Positions 53,090 to 64,000 of a stretch of 64,000 nucleotides of DNA are shown here, one piece after another (within the stretch, counting starts at the first letter, position 1; each line of letters begins with the position of its first letter). The stretch is from Octopus vulgaris (taxonomy: Eukaryota). The position numbers and the translations under genes were made by a program. The stretch lies in NCBI GenBank assembly GCA_951406725.2, contig OX597828.1, positions 2,542,001 to 2,606,000 of the forward strand. The letters are read 5' to 3'. The notes below the pieces were generated by a model that worked only from the letters and a program-made list of their open reading frames with translations, ran no database searches and was not told where the DNA came from.

Positions 53090-53990
53090 CCCTTAAAATC
53101 CTTGGGTTGTCTTCTGCATTGTCTTCTGCATGACCTGTGACCTTGCATCAATTCTAATTTTATTTACAGTTCTCGAAATTAACCAATATGCATCCCAGTA
53201 CTCCGATCACCACTAGAATCTCTAAAAACCGTTTCATCCCCCACAACTTTCCAACCTCCTCCTTCAGTGACTCATATTTTTCCATCTTTTCATGCCCTTT
53301 ATCTTTCACTCTACAATCTCCTGAGATAGAGATATCAATAATTAGGGTCCCTTTTCCTTTTTTGCTGACAACTTCAATGTCTAGCATTCCTGCATTAATC
53401 ATTCTATCACATTGAATGGTGAAGTCTCACAAAAGCTTAAACTTGTTTTTCTCTAACACCCCTTCTGGTTTCTGCTCATATCATTTAATTGCTTTGGCAA
53501 ACCCACATTTCTCAGATATCATCCAGTAGATATATCGGGCAACATTATCATGTCGTCTTTTGTACTCTCTCTTGTGCCAACTTAGCACATTCGCTTGCAT
53601 AATTGTTGACCATTTCTTCTCTTCTGCTACACATTCTGCATAATTGTCATTTTGTCAACCTGATATTTATTGTACGGGCGCTGCTCACCAGAGCAGTACA
53701 TCTTTTCAGTACATCTTTTCAGATCCCCACTTCTAAGCCACGATCAACTTTTATCCCAATCAATGCCTTCTTTATCCCCAATGTACTGTCTGTGTATATG
53801 TTCCATTCCTTTTCAAGTTCTTTTTTCACTTTCTTCTTACATTCATTCAGTGTTAATGCATCAGCAGATTTCAGTGTTGAGGTCTTTTAATTTTGACATA
53901 ATGGAACTCATTTTTAAAGTACTAAGCTTTGTGGCTTTCTTCGCTACTGACACAATTTTCACAACTTATTAGTCATCTACCTCCTTTCTT
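53090..53990 (-). pseudogene. R4-clade LINE 3' fragment (CCHC, RHD, RLE endonuclease), diverged family
   Basis: CRMC..EC, KRRHDNVARYIYW, DIEVV..LIIDISI..EKMEKY..VVIGVLG. Confidence 0.85.
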
Positions 53991-54014
53991 TCTTTCAGCA
54001 TACAGTTATTATTA

Positions 54015-54193
54015 TCAACTAGCAGAATCGTTAGCACGCAGGACGAAATGCTTTACGGCATTTCGCTATGTTCTAAGTTCAAATTCCACCGAGGTCGACT
54101 TAGCCTTTCATCCTTCCTAAGTCGTTAAATTAAGTACCAGTGACACACTGGGGTCGATGTAATCGACTAGCCCCTTCCCACCAAATTTCAGGC
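54015..54193 (+). mobile_element. SINE family B
   Basis: ctagcagaatcgttagcacg..gaggtcgacttagcctttcatcc..aagtaccag. Confidence 0.85.
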
Positions 54194-57100
54194 CTACCTG
54201 GCCAACATATTAAAGAACGGCAGTAGCCCAACATGTCGTGTATTTCAACAACAAAATGAAACCATTGATCATGTTGTCTCCAAGTGCAGTCTTGGTAGGC
54301 ATTGATCTTGGGCTGCTATGATAAACCCTTTTGTTTCTGATTTTATGCCAGAAGACACTAACCATAGATGGGTAAGGGTTTTGTCAACATCGGCACTATT
54401 AGCTCTTTTGGGGTATTTGCCATTGAGAGGTTTTTCTTGCCATTTATCAGTAAGAAGATCTAAGGCAGCAGTTTTAGCACGGATTTTCATACGATTAGCT
54501 TTTTCTGTGTTTGTTTCTAGAACGTCTAATGCTGAATTTTTTTGTATTTACAATTCACTTAGATATTCCTTTGCCTGTTGTGTTACTGAGTATGATACTT
54601 ACTCGTTTTCATGCTTTGAGACAAGTTTTAACATCAAATCCTCAGAGTGTTTCAGGTAGGTGTCGAGGCCAATTGTGGCAATCTTCATTGTTAATCCCAG
54701 TTGTAAAAGTCCACAGCCACCCTCTTTTCTTGGCAGGTAAAATCTTTCTATACCTGCCTTAGGGTGGTGCATTCTAAGCAATGTCAACAATTTTCGCATT
54801 TTTCTGTCAAGATCACATATTTCAGTAATTGACCAGTTAATGATATTGAAACTGTAAGTCACAACTGATCGCTAAAGTACTGATCGCTTCGATCTTGTTT
54901 CTTGTATTCAGCTCTGTCTTGAGTATTGCCCTAACCCTGCGATAACATTCTCTTCTGATCCTTTCCCTCATCACTGATATTTGATTCCGTCCCCTTCGAA
55001 TACCCCTAGGTATTTGTAGCTCTCCACTGGTTCTAATTCCTTTATGACATTCTGCTAGTCAAGATTAACATTAGATGTTTTTGTCATTTTCCCTCTGATA
55101 GAGATAGCTTTTGCACATTTATCGACGCCAAATTTCATCCTGACATCATCACTGAAATGTTCAAGAATCACTAGTAAGCCCTATAGCTGTTGGTCACTTT
55201 TTAAATCATCCATGTAAATGAGATGATTTATATTTTTATCAAACATTTTATAACCTTATTGTACATCATTGAACAATTTCGAGAGATGTATTAAGGCTAG
55301 ACAAAAGTGGAGTGGTGATAGAGAGTCATCCAGGAAAATGTCTCAAGAAATACTTACATCCCCAGCATTGAGAGATTCATTGTTACTGTTCAATGTCAGT
55401 GTGGTTCTCCATGATCTCATACTTACAGACAAGAAGTTTCGCAGAGTAGGTGCTATTTTATACATTTCCAGACATTTCTTAATCCAGCTATGTGGTAGGA
55501 TATCAAAAGCTTTTTTATAGTCTATCCAGGCTATCAACCAGTTCTTGTGTCGTTTGTGACAATCTTCCAAGATCATCTTATTGATAAGTAGCTGATCTTT
55601 ACAACCATCCTTTTTGCTCGTTAGGGAATATGCCACTTTCTATTAAAAAAAAAAACTATAGGTATATTTAGTCAAGACAGATGTTAATATTTTATACATT
55701 GTTGTTAAGCAGGTTATGAGTCTATAAGTTTTTGGTTCATTTGTTTTTTCATTTTTTGGAAGTAGGAATGTTACACCATTAACTAGCCAAGAGAGAATCA
55801 TACTAGGTTGTTTGTAAAACATTGTTGTAAAGTTTTCCTAGCAGTTCATGACTCTTTGTTAAGGCATTCAACCAGAAGTTAGGAATTTTATCCTTCCCTG
55901 GAGACTTCCATTTGCTTGCCTTCCTGAGAGCAGATCTTACATCCTCTACCTTTACATCCTCCCACTTTTGCTCTTTTAAGGAGTTTACATCTGTAGATAT
56001 CCTATCAATCCAAGGGGCCCCTTCATTGTTTTTTCTTCTGCCCTAATTTTATTCCAAAATTGCTGCAGTTCTTTTGATGGGACAGACTTTACTGTAACTG
56101 GTATTTTCCCTATCTTCCTGTATAAGCGCGCTTTTCATACTTTGCTATGCGGGCAGCTTTAGCACATACCTTTTGCATGTTGGTTTCTATGGTGGTAGCG
56201 ATGTCAAGTATGGTTTTCATATATTTTTTCTTTAATTTTCGGATTTTTGTTAGTTTGATTGTCTTGTCAAACTTAAAGTTTTTTAAACACTCTATGTCAG
56301 ACCTAAGTAGCTTAATTTGGTGTTGAATACGCTCTCGCCAAGTAGGCTTTTTGCGGAAATGTCGTTTTCTAATATTTTCACCACATAGAAACGTTGAGAT
56401 TTTGGCGGATGCATAGTACAGGTGGTTGAGATCTGTAATATCAACATCATTAGCTGAAATTATATTCTTAAGTGCAAGGAAGATTGTACCAATTATTTTC
56501 AGGTTTTGGTTAGAATTGCGAATTTTTGGAAGATTGTCGCGTTCATTGTTATTGGTTTCTTTAATTTTCAGTCATTCAAGCATGATTTGACTTTTTAGCT
56601 CATGTAGCTCCGTTAGGTCAATTTTTGTGTGACTTTCTTCTTCCATTTGATTTTCATCTGCCTTAGTGTTTATGGTTGGTTCAGAGAGTATTTCACTTTG
56701 CCTTTCAATTACATTAACTCTTTCAATCCTTACTGCGTTTTCATCAGCCCTGAGCTGGTCTATAATTATTTCCTCTGTAGTATCTTCTTTAGCTACAGCT
56801 TCGTTCTTTTTATCCTCTACTGCTTGTTTAATTTGGTCAATCTCTACTTCAGCCAGTAATTTTTTTTCATGTTTCTTCCGACGTTGGCAAGTTTGTTACT
56901 GTATATGTAGGGTCTTACTTTAGGGTGTTTCCGTCTCCAGTTTAAGTAGGTTTGTACAGTGTTAGATTTATCTGTGGGGAAATATATGGCATGGTAGAAG
57001 GCCGTAAAAACTTCTTTATTATCTTCCCTAGACCGTTTTCATTCTTTTTCTTTTGGTTATTTGATGAGGAGCATGGATGGCCATCTGTTGGAATATTCGG

Positions 57101-57960
57101 TTGTGGGGTACTTCGAGCGCCTGTGTTTCGAGGGGATTTGAACACGTAACTGATTTTTTTGTAATCGAATCTAGTTCAACATTCGATTACGCGGTCCTTG
57201 GTGTTCCGGCTGACGACTGATCCGGTTTGTATTTTGCTTTGTTATCATAGAGACATGGCGAGCTTGGACGTTGACATTAGGGGACGGATCTATCTGTTTA
57301 AGGTTAATTTTTTTGAGACATCACCGCCTCCGAGTTCTCTGCATGTAAACATTGCTCGTAACATAGCTTCTTAAGGCTAACAGATCTGTATTCGTCTGCA
57401 GTTTTTTGTTGATAGATTTATCTCCGGGCATAGTTTTTGTGGTGTTTTTTTAAACTTATGAATTGCTCACTCTGTCTGTGTTAGTTGGAAAAATTAAAAA
57501 AACTGTTTTGTTTTTGTTTTTGTTTTTGCTTCGTTTGTGACACTGTTTTCATATGCGTGAATATGTGTCCTGTAAATTTCACGTAGTTGTGTAAAAATTG
57601 GAATGTATATATGGTCCTATGGGTATTAAAATGTATATATGATTGTGTAGACATTCGAGTGTATGCATAATTACTTAACTTATGTACTTACTGTTTTGTT
57701 CCATTTATATTTTATAATTTGTAAACATTCCGATGTTAATCCACTGAGACATCGTGCATAAGAGAAACTGTGCTTTGTATGGCAGTAAAATTTCATTTTT
57801 GTGATTATTTTCGTTAAAAGACCGCTTCCTTCAAGTCTTCCACAGGTTTCTTTATCCCATTCCACCGATGTTATTAGATTAGATTTGTTTTTGAATGTAG
57901 AGCCCAGTGTAGCACGTCCCTGTTGTTATTCAGCGCGGAACTCTCTTCTTCTTCTTCTGC
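54194..57960 (-). mobile_element. Second R4/Dong copy: apparently 5'-complete (long 5'UTR to (TAA)n), 3'-truncated, more decayed
   Basis: Colinear with 42820-45850 ([42 protein letters not shown]); the extent of the 5'UTR is inferred. Confidence 0.93.
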
Positions 57961-58227
<267 letters not shown>

Positions 58228-58228
<1 letters not shown>

Positions 58229-60750
58229 TAGCAAATCTACCCATCTACGATGGAGGCATAAAATGAGGGAGGAAAATCATAGCAGCAGTATGTATTGAAA
58301 AGTTCGTAAATGGGTTTTAATATCAATGTGATTACAAAACTTCTTTGTGGACAATATTTTGTGTGTAATCGACACTAATTTTCAAGTTACTGGAGTCCGT
58401 TGCTCTACTAACAGCGACTTATAACTGGCCGTGTGTAAACATTGGAGTGGGTAAAAATACACCTGCACGATCTAAAGTCTGGCCCTGTGCCTTATTTGCT
58501 GTGAATGAAGATACCAGTTTTATAGGAAATTGCCTGCGTCTTAATTGGAACGGAAGCTGGTTATCGGTTGGTATAAGGGGTGTCCGCGGAATGAACAGGT
58601 GTTTACCATTGTGGTGGCCAGTTGCAATCACTGCTTCGATAACATTAGATAACTTTAGAATTTCGTTCTGCTACAGTGTATCTGTTCTATTTCAGTGTCT
58701 ATTGGCTGGATCAAAATACTTGAGGAGCATTATCGCACAGTTCTTTTTCAATTTGATTTATTTTATGGAGTGGCGATCCCGATGGATTTAAGTTCTTCAA
58801 GAAATCCTGTGGGTACTGGTGGTAGTTTTCGACATCTATTTTAGCCGAACTACAGGAAGTTGCTAATCATGTGCTCATTTACACTGTTTTGGTTGAGGCG
58901 ATGACAGCTCGTGAACACAGCCACGATGCGATTTTGTAGTTTTCACTTAAATCATTAAAGACGAATTTACATATTTCGGAAATAGATGACGTTTTGAGTA
59001 CAAAATCTTGCCTAATTTGAATCACATTCCTCAGTGTGTCAGAGAACGAACATTGTCCGGAACCGATGTCACTTAAATAGTCTGCGAAAGTTGCATCTGA
59101 AGAATTTCGTACCCTCATGTTTTTCTTTAGACTCAACTCCGTCACAGACCTCCATATGTACGATGTTTTTAATGTCGCTTGCACTGTTTGGGCTCGACTA
59201 ACACGTTTAATAACGGCTAGAATCTGCTTCCAGTTGCCTACAAAAAGAACACATACTCCTCCAAACAGGGATTCGTTCGCTCTGATATCGCATAGGGAAC
59301 GATCTAAGCATTCGTATATGAGTTTGTCACCTTGGCTGACTTCATCAACAATTATTAGAATGGTCATTCGGAAGAGTTGCGCAGTTGCATCCTGAGATGA
59401 CACATTGCAACAGGACTCTGGCGTTATATTTATGAGCACTTTGAACCGAGAATGAAATGTCCGGTCATTGTGCAGCAATGTTACCGCAACCTCAGACAGA
59501 GCCGTGGCGAGTACGACTTTTCTCTCCGAGCGTAGAAAATCTATGATGGGATTGATAAGATATGTTTTGCCAGTTCCACCACTCGCGCTCAAGGCAAAAA
59601 CCTTGTTTTCCTGTTGTAAAACTGAGTTTACAACCATAGTTGTGCTTTTGGTCAGTATTTAGAGTATTGTAGATGTCAGTAGACACTGTTCGAAGACACT
59701 CTGTATCATAGTTACATTCTTCTGCGATAATCTTTGGCATCAGTTGACTGGTTTCGTTATATTCAGGTTGAGGCAGCTAGAAATCTCGAGCGAGGTGAAG
59801 TTCATCCCTTTACAGACACTCCTGTAGACGAATCAATATTTTATTTTCAACGCGAGGGGTAAGATCTTTGATGTTATTTCTCTGCATGGGGTCACGTCCT
59901 AGTTCAGTTTTCCACTCTTCCCAAAAGTTCATCGCATCAGATAGCTGGCAGTACATTAACATGGTGGCGAAGAAGTCGCGCAGCGAATTTTCGAAGCGAA
60001 TACTGTCTGCCCCCTCCATTGCACGGTGTATTTCTTGGTCGTCCGATATCTATTCAGTTTTCATGCATGGAGCTGAAATGTTGAACATACATTTCCCTCC
60101 ACGGTCGCCAATTCATCAAAACTAGTCGCACCTTTAATATGGTGAAGGAGTACTCGAAGGTGAAAGAGTTCTGACTGATGATCACTATATGATATGGTTA
60201 GGATTCGTCCGATAGTATCAGTTTTGACGTCACCATTATCATCCGTTGTACCTCGTTTTCGTTTTTGCCACGACTTGGATTTATTGTTCCAGATGTAATA
60301 TTTAGGAAAATCTTGGCATAAAATCTGTCGGGCTTTTTCGCCGTGTTTGTTTTCTTGAAAATAAGCTGTCAGTTTAGTTATCGGTGGTTTGCGTTCCACG
60401 GCTGCAGCGACAGAAGTTGAATCAAATCGTACAGTCTGCTCCTTAGGTAAATGACAGGGTAGCTTTTCGACTGTAGGATACTTTTGGTGTATGAAAAATC
60501 CATACAACTTCCAGAATGCTTCACTTAAAGAGATGTATCGAGCGTTTACGAAGTTTTCTATTTCGTTTAATACAAGAATTGGCTGTCCTGTTTCCGATGT
60601 TGAGAAAATGATTCGATCTTGTCCTTTTGTAATGTATTTGTATAAGTACTTCACTTCTTGGACGGACTGTACGACCTCGACGCTGATGTGGGTGTTGTAT
60701 TTTACTGTCAGATATGGATTGTATGGCACTATCCAAGAGTTGTCGACTTG
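58228..60750 (-). mobile_element. Decayed autonomous Helitron (Rep C-terminal part + PIF1-like helicase), intact 3' terminus, 5'-truncated
   Basis: PYNPYL..VKYLYKYITKG (Rep), GGTGKT, IIVDEVS, FGG..GNWKQIL, RRQFP..NKAQGQT..FTHGQL; 3' hairpin CCATCgtaGATGG then TGCTAG|T at 58231-58228. Confidence 0.95.
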
Positions 60751-60754
60751 TGAA

Positions 60755-60852
60755 GAGGTCGATAAAATAAGTACCAGCCGAGCACTGGGGTCGATGTAAT
60801 TGATTTACTACTTCTCCTGAAATTGCTGGTCTCGTGTCAAAATTTGAAAGCA
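60755..60852 (+). mobile_element. SINE family B 3' half at the Helitron breakpoint
   Basis: ggtcgataaaataagtaccag..ggggtcgatgtaat..aaaatttgaaa. Confidence 0.8.
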
Positions 60853-62168
60853 TCATTATTCTTCCATTTGTTTTGGCGGCTCTGAACAAATGTTCTACCT
60901 AAAAGATCGATTACAAGGCACAGAAATAGGACAATATTTAGTTATAAATATAAACAAATTTGATTAGAAATAGTTACATGTAGCATTTAGAAAAATGTTT
61001 TTATTTACAAGTTGGGAATAAAGTCATATATCCGACTTATTTTCTGCTGTATTATTCGTAATAGGTCGTTTCTATATTGAGTCGCAAATCTATCAAGCAT
61101 GTGTTTTTGCCTCTCCTCTGACATTCAAAAGTTTAAGCAGAACATTAACCACATAAAACCTCACCCATTTATTTGTGCGTCATAGTTAAGAGGAACTTAC
61201 AAAGTCAATGCGCAATGACGCTCCTCTTAATGTATTTAATAAAAGGACAGTCACAAAGTTGTATAATTGTTTGTATTTAAGAAAGAGTAAAATGTCCGAG
61301 AGAGAAAAGAACACAATTTACAATTGTTACTAAAATGGAGAAAGAGAATCGGAATTTTGGTCCTTGAAAGCCATCTTATATCAGTGAAATTGATGTATTT
61401 GATATTCTTTAGGCTTAGTATTTGTAGAGAAAATATGGATAAGAAGGTGGTACAGAGAACAGAAGGGATATGCAAGCTATCTACTGCGAGCCTTGGGAAG
61501 TGAAATAACATAGAAATGAAAAAAAGTGGGTTTACCAGAGGACTTGGAGCGGAGCTAGAATGCTGGTTAACACTTCAGTGGAGCAGAAATAACTGGAGTA
61601 GCGATTGAAAACACATTGAAAAGAAACAATGCGCCTCCGAATTTGTTGGTTTTATTTTTGATGTTGTTGTTTAGCTCCCAGATCATCTTGATCCAACAGT
61701 CATATAATAAAAGCTCTTTAGCTGTGACTATCGTGTCTTTTTGTCACCTTTTTTTAAAAATAATAACTGACCACGTTTCCATAAATTGGTGAAAAAACTT
61801 CTACAGAGTTTGGTGAGGAGAGAAAATAATCCTGACATGGACGGCTTGAGGGCAATAGAAAATACACGGCAAGGGGTGTTGGCCTTGGATTGAAATAATC
61901 GGAAAATTTTTCTCACTTGTGTGTGCATAGTGTGAGACAGGTACGGCGATATGAGAAATTAGATTTTTTTTGTTGCGTATATACAACATGGAACTGGAAG
62001 TAAATGTGATGGTTTTATATGGAAGAGTGTTATTTACAGAACCACCTTGACTGAGAAGTGGTGAATAAGAAAATTTTTGAAGATATTCTTTGCTGCTATG
62101 TAGAAATGAGAATGCTTATAGATCATACGATAAATGAACACGAGAGCATCCTTTTTATATATTTACAT

Positions 62169-62218
<50 letters not shown>

Positions 62219-62224
62219 ACATAG

Positions 62225-62325
62225 GTCCTACTGCGTGGCACCTTGAGCAAGTGTCTTCTACTATAGCCTCGGGCCGACCAAAACCTTGTGAGTGGATTTG
62301 GGAGATGGAAACTGAAAGAAGCCCG

Positions 62326-62384
<59 letters not shown>

Positions 62385-62627
62385 TATATATATATGTATA
62401 TATATATGTATGTATTTGTGTAGCCGTGTTTGTCCCCCCACCGTCGCTTGACCCCGATGTTGATGTGTTTACATCCCCGTAACTTAGCGGTTCGGCAAAG
62501 GTAACCGACATAATTAGTACTAGGTTTACAAAGAATAAGCCCTGGGTCGATTTGTTCTTCGACTAAAGGCGGTGCTCCAGCATGGCCGCAGTCAAATGAC
62601 TGAAACAAGTAAAAGAATAAAAGAATA
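62225..62627 (+). mobile_element. SINE family A (head truncated)
   Basis: Family core, (TA)n and tail. Confidence 0.87.
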
Positions 62628-63244
62628 GGTGTAAAACACGTGATGTAAATAATTGTATATGAATAGTAGTGTGTGAACTGATTCCATCTCCTTGCTTTGC
62701 TATTTGTAATCTGTCATTTCCATAACAGATTATCCTCTCTTACAAGGTTTGTGCTTCAAGATAGTTCTCGCTGTTGTTTGAAGAAGATAATTCAAACAGG
62801 CAACCGAGAAATAATTATGGCTTTGAGATATGCAATGCCCTCAATAAATTTCTGGCTCAGTTCGAATCAGATCTCTTCAACATATGCAGCGGTAAATTTT
62901 AAAACTTCCCACAGCTTCCAACAAACTTTCAAAATCGATATAAAAAAATGTAGAAATCTTTAAAATATCTTTGTATTGTTGGAGGAAGAAACTATTACTC
63001 GTATGAAATCGGCAGGGACATACACAAGACGCCGTAGCTTCAGGTAGATCTACTAATAAGCTAGATTATTAGGAAGTGAGAGAAATACAGAGTTGAAAGA
63101 CTAACATTCCTTATATCTTGTATAACACTGGAAAAAACTTCTTTCACAATCCCGTCATTAGGCCATGAAAATCCAATACGACTGAAGACGAAGGAAGACA
63201 ACTCGAGGCAAAAGTTTCACTATATAAACAAATCGACCAATATT

Positions 63245-63462
63245 GATTTCAAATTTCGGCACAATACCAGCAATTTTGAGGGAGGGGATAAGTCGATTAC
63301 ATCGCCCGCAGTGTTCAACTGGTACTTATTTTATCGACCCCGAGAGGATGAAAGGGTAAAGTCGACCTCAGCAGAATTTGAATTCAGAACGTTAGAGACG
63401 AACGAAATACCGCTAAGCATTTTGCACGGCGCGGTTAATGATTCTGTTATCACGCTGCCTTA
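63245..63462 (-). mobile_element. SINE family B
   Basis: Reverse complement core. Confidence 0.85.
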
Positions 63463-64000
63463 GAAACAGGCCACCAATATTGACAGAAAACACCTGCACA
63501 AATTTACTCAGTTTTACATTCTAGAACTCTACCACTCAATAACTAAGCCCCTCCTTTTAAAATACTTAACTTCGCAGAAAATTGCATCACAACCATCAAG
63601 CAGGTAACCAAGAATACATGCCAGACTATAATGCACGCTTTCCTACTAAAGACTACCATCTACCTTTCGATTGGTGGATGACAAAGATTCAGCTGGTATT
63701 AGTAAAATCAAAGGATTCTACATACTAAACATATACACGAAATTCAGTAACCTCCAATGTGGTTTATATTGCGATAATGAGCTCATAATATCCTAAAATA
63801 TGAACGGTACCCAATTAGGCAATGTTAGGAAAAATCTCATCGATAATTTAATAGAACTTAGTCTAAGCAAATCATAATAAATGCATACCTAAATACAGTT
63901 AAATTCCTTGATTTTAAATTTAGCCTAGATATCAACAGTGACACTCCCTTCAAAACTTTCAACCATCTGCTTTCATTAAAGGAGCTAGTTAAAAATATCA

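Noticed and set aside
58879-59637. Host PIF1 helicase gene
   Set aside because: Intronless, frameshifted, colinear with Helitron Rep motifs and followed by a hairpin-CTAG end

Overview
AT-rich eukaryotic DNA, almost entirely repetitive. The SINE, microsatellite and LINE content looks like an octopus/cephalopod genome; this is an inference from repeat style, not a search result. I found no recognisable intact host gene, rRNA, tRNA or CRISPR array, and most ORFs in the track are microsatellite artefacts. Main contents: two long R4/Dong-clade (RT + restriction-like endonuclease) non-LTR retrotransposons plus four more R4 fragments; a decayed autonomous Helitron with an intact 3' end and two non-autonomous Helitrons; Tx1/L1-like, RTE, Tc1 and probable CACTA/EnSpm remnants; and roughly 30 SINEs of several families. 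The most distinctive structures are a family of GGATC-ended, 8-bp-TSD (Merlin-like) elements, two of which are 0.7-0.8 kb foldbacks carrying head-to-head TTAGGG-type telomeric arrays. Also notable are a young SINE whose 3' tail matches a Tx1-like LINE end, and TA-embedded repeat families sharing a permuted hammerhead-core-like motif order.
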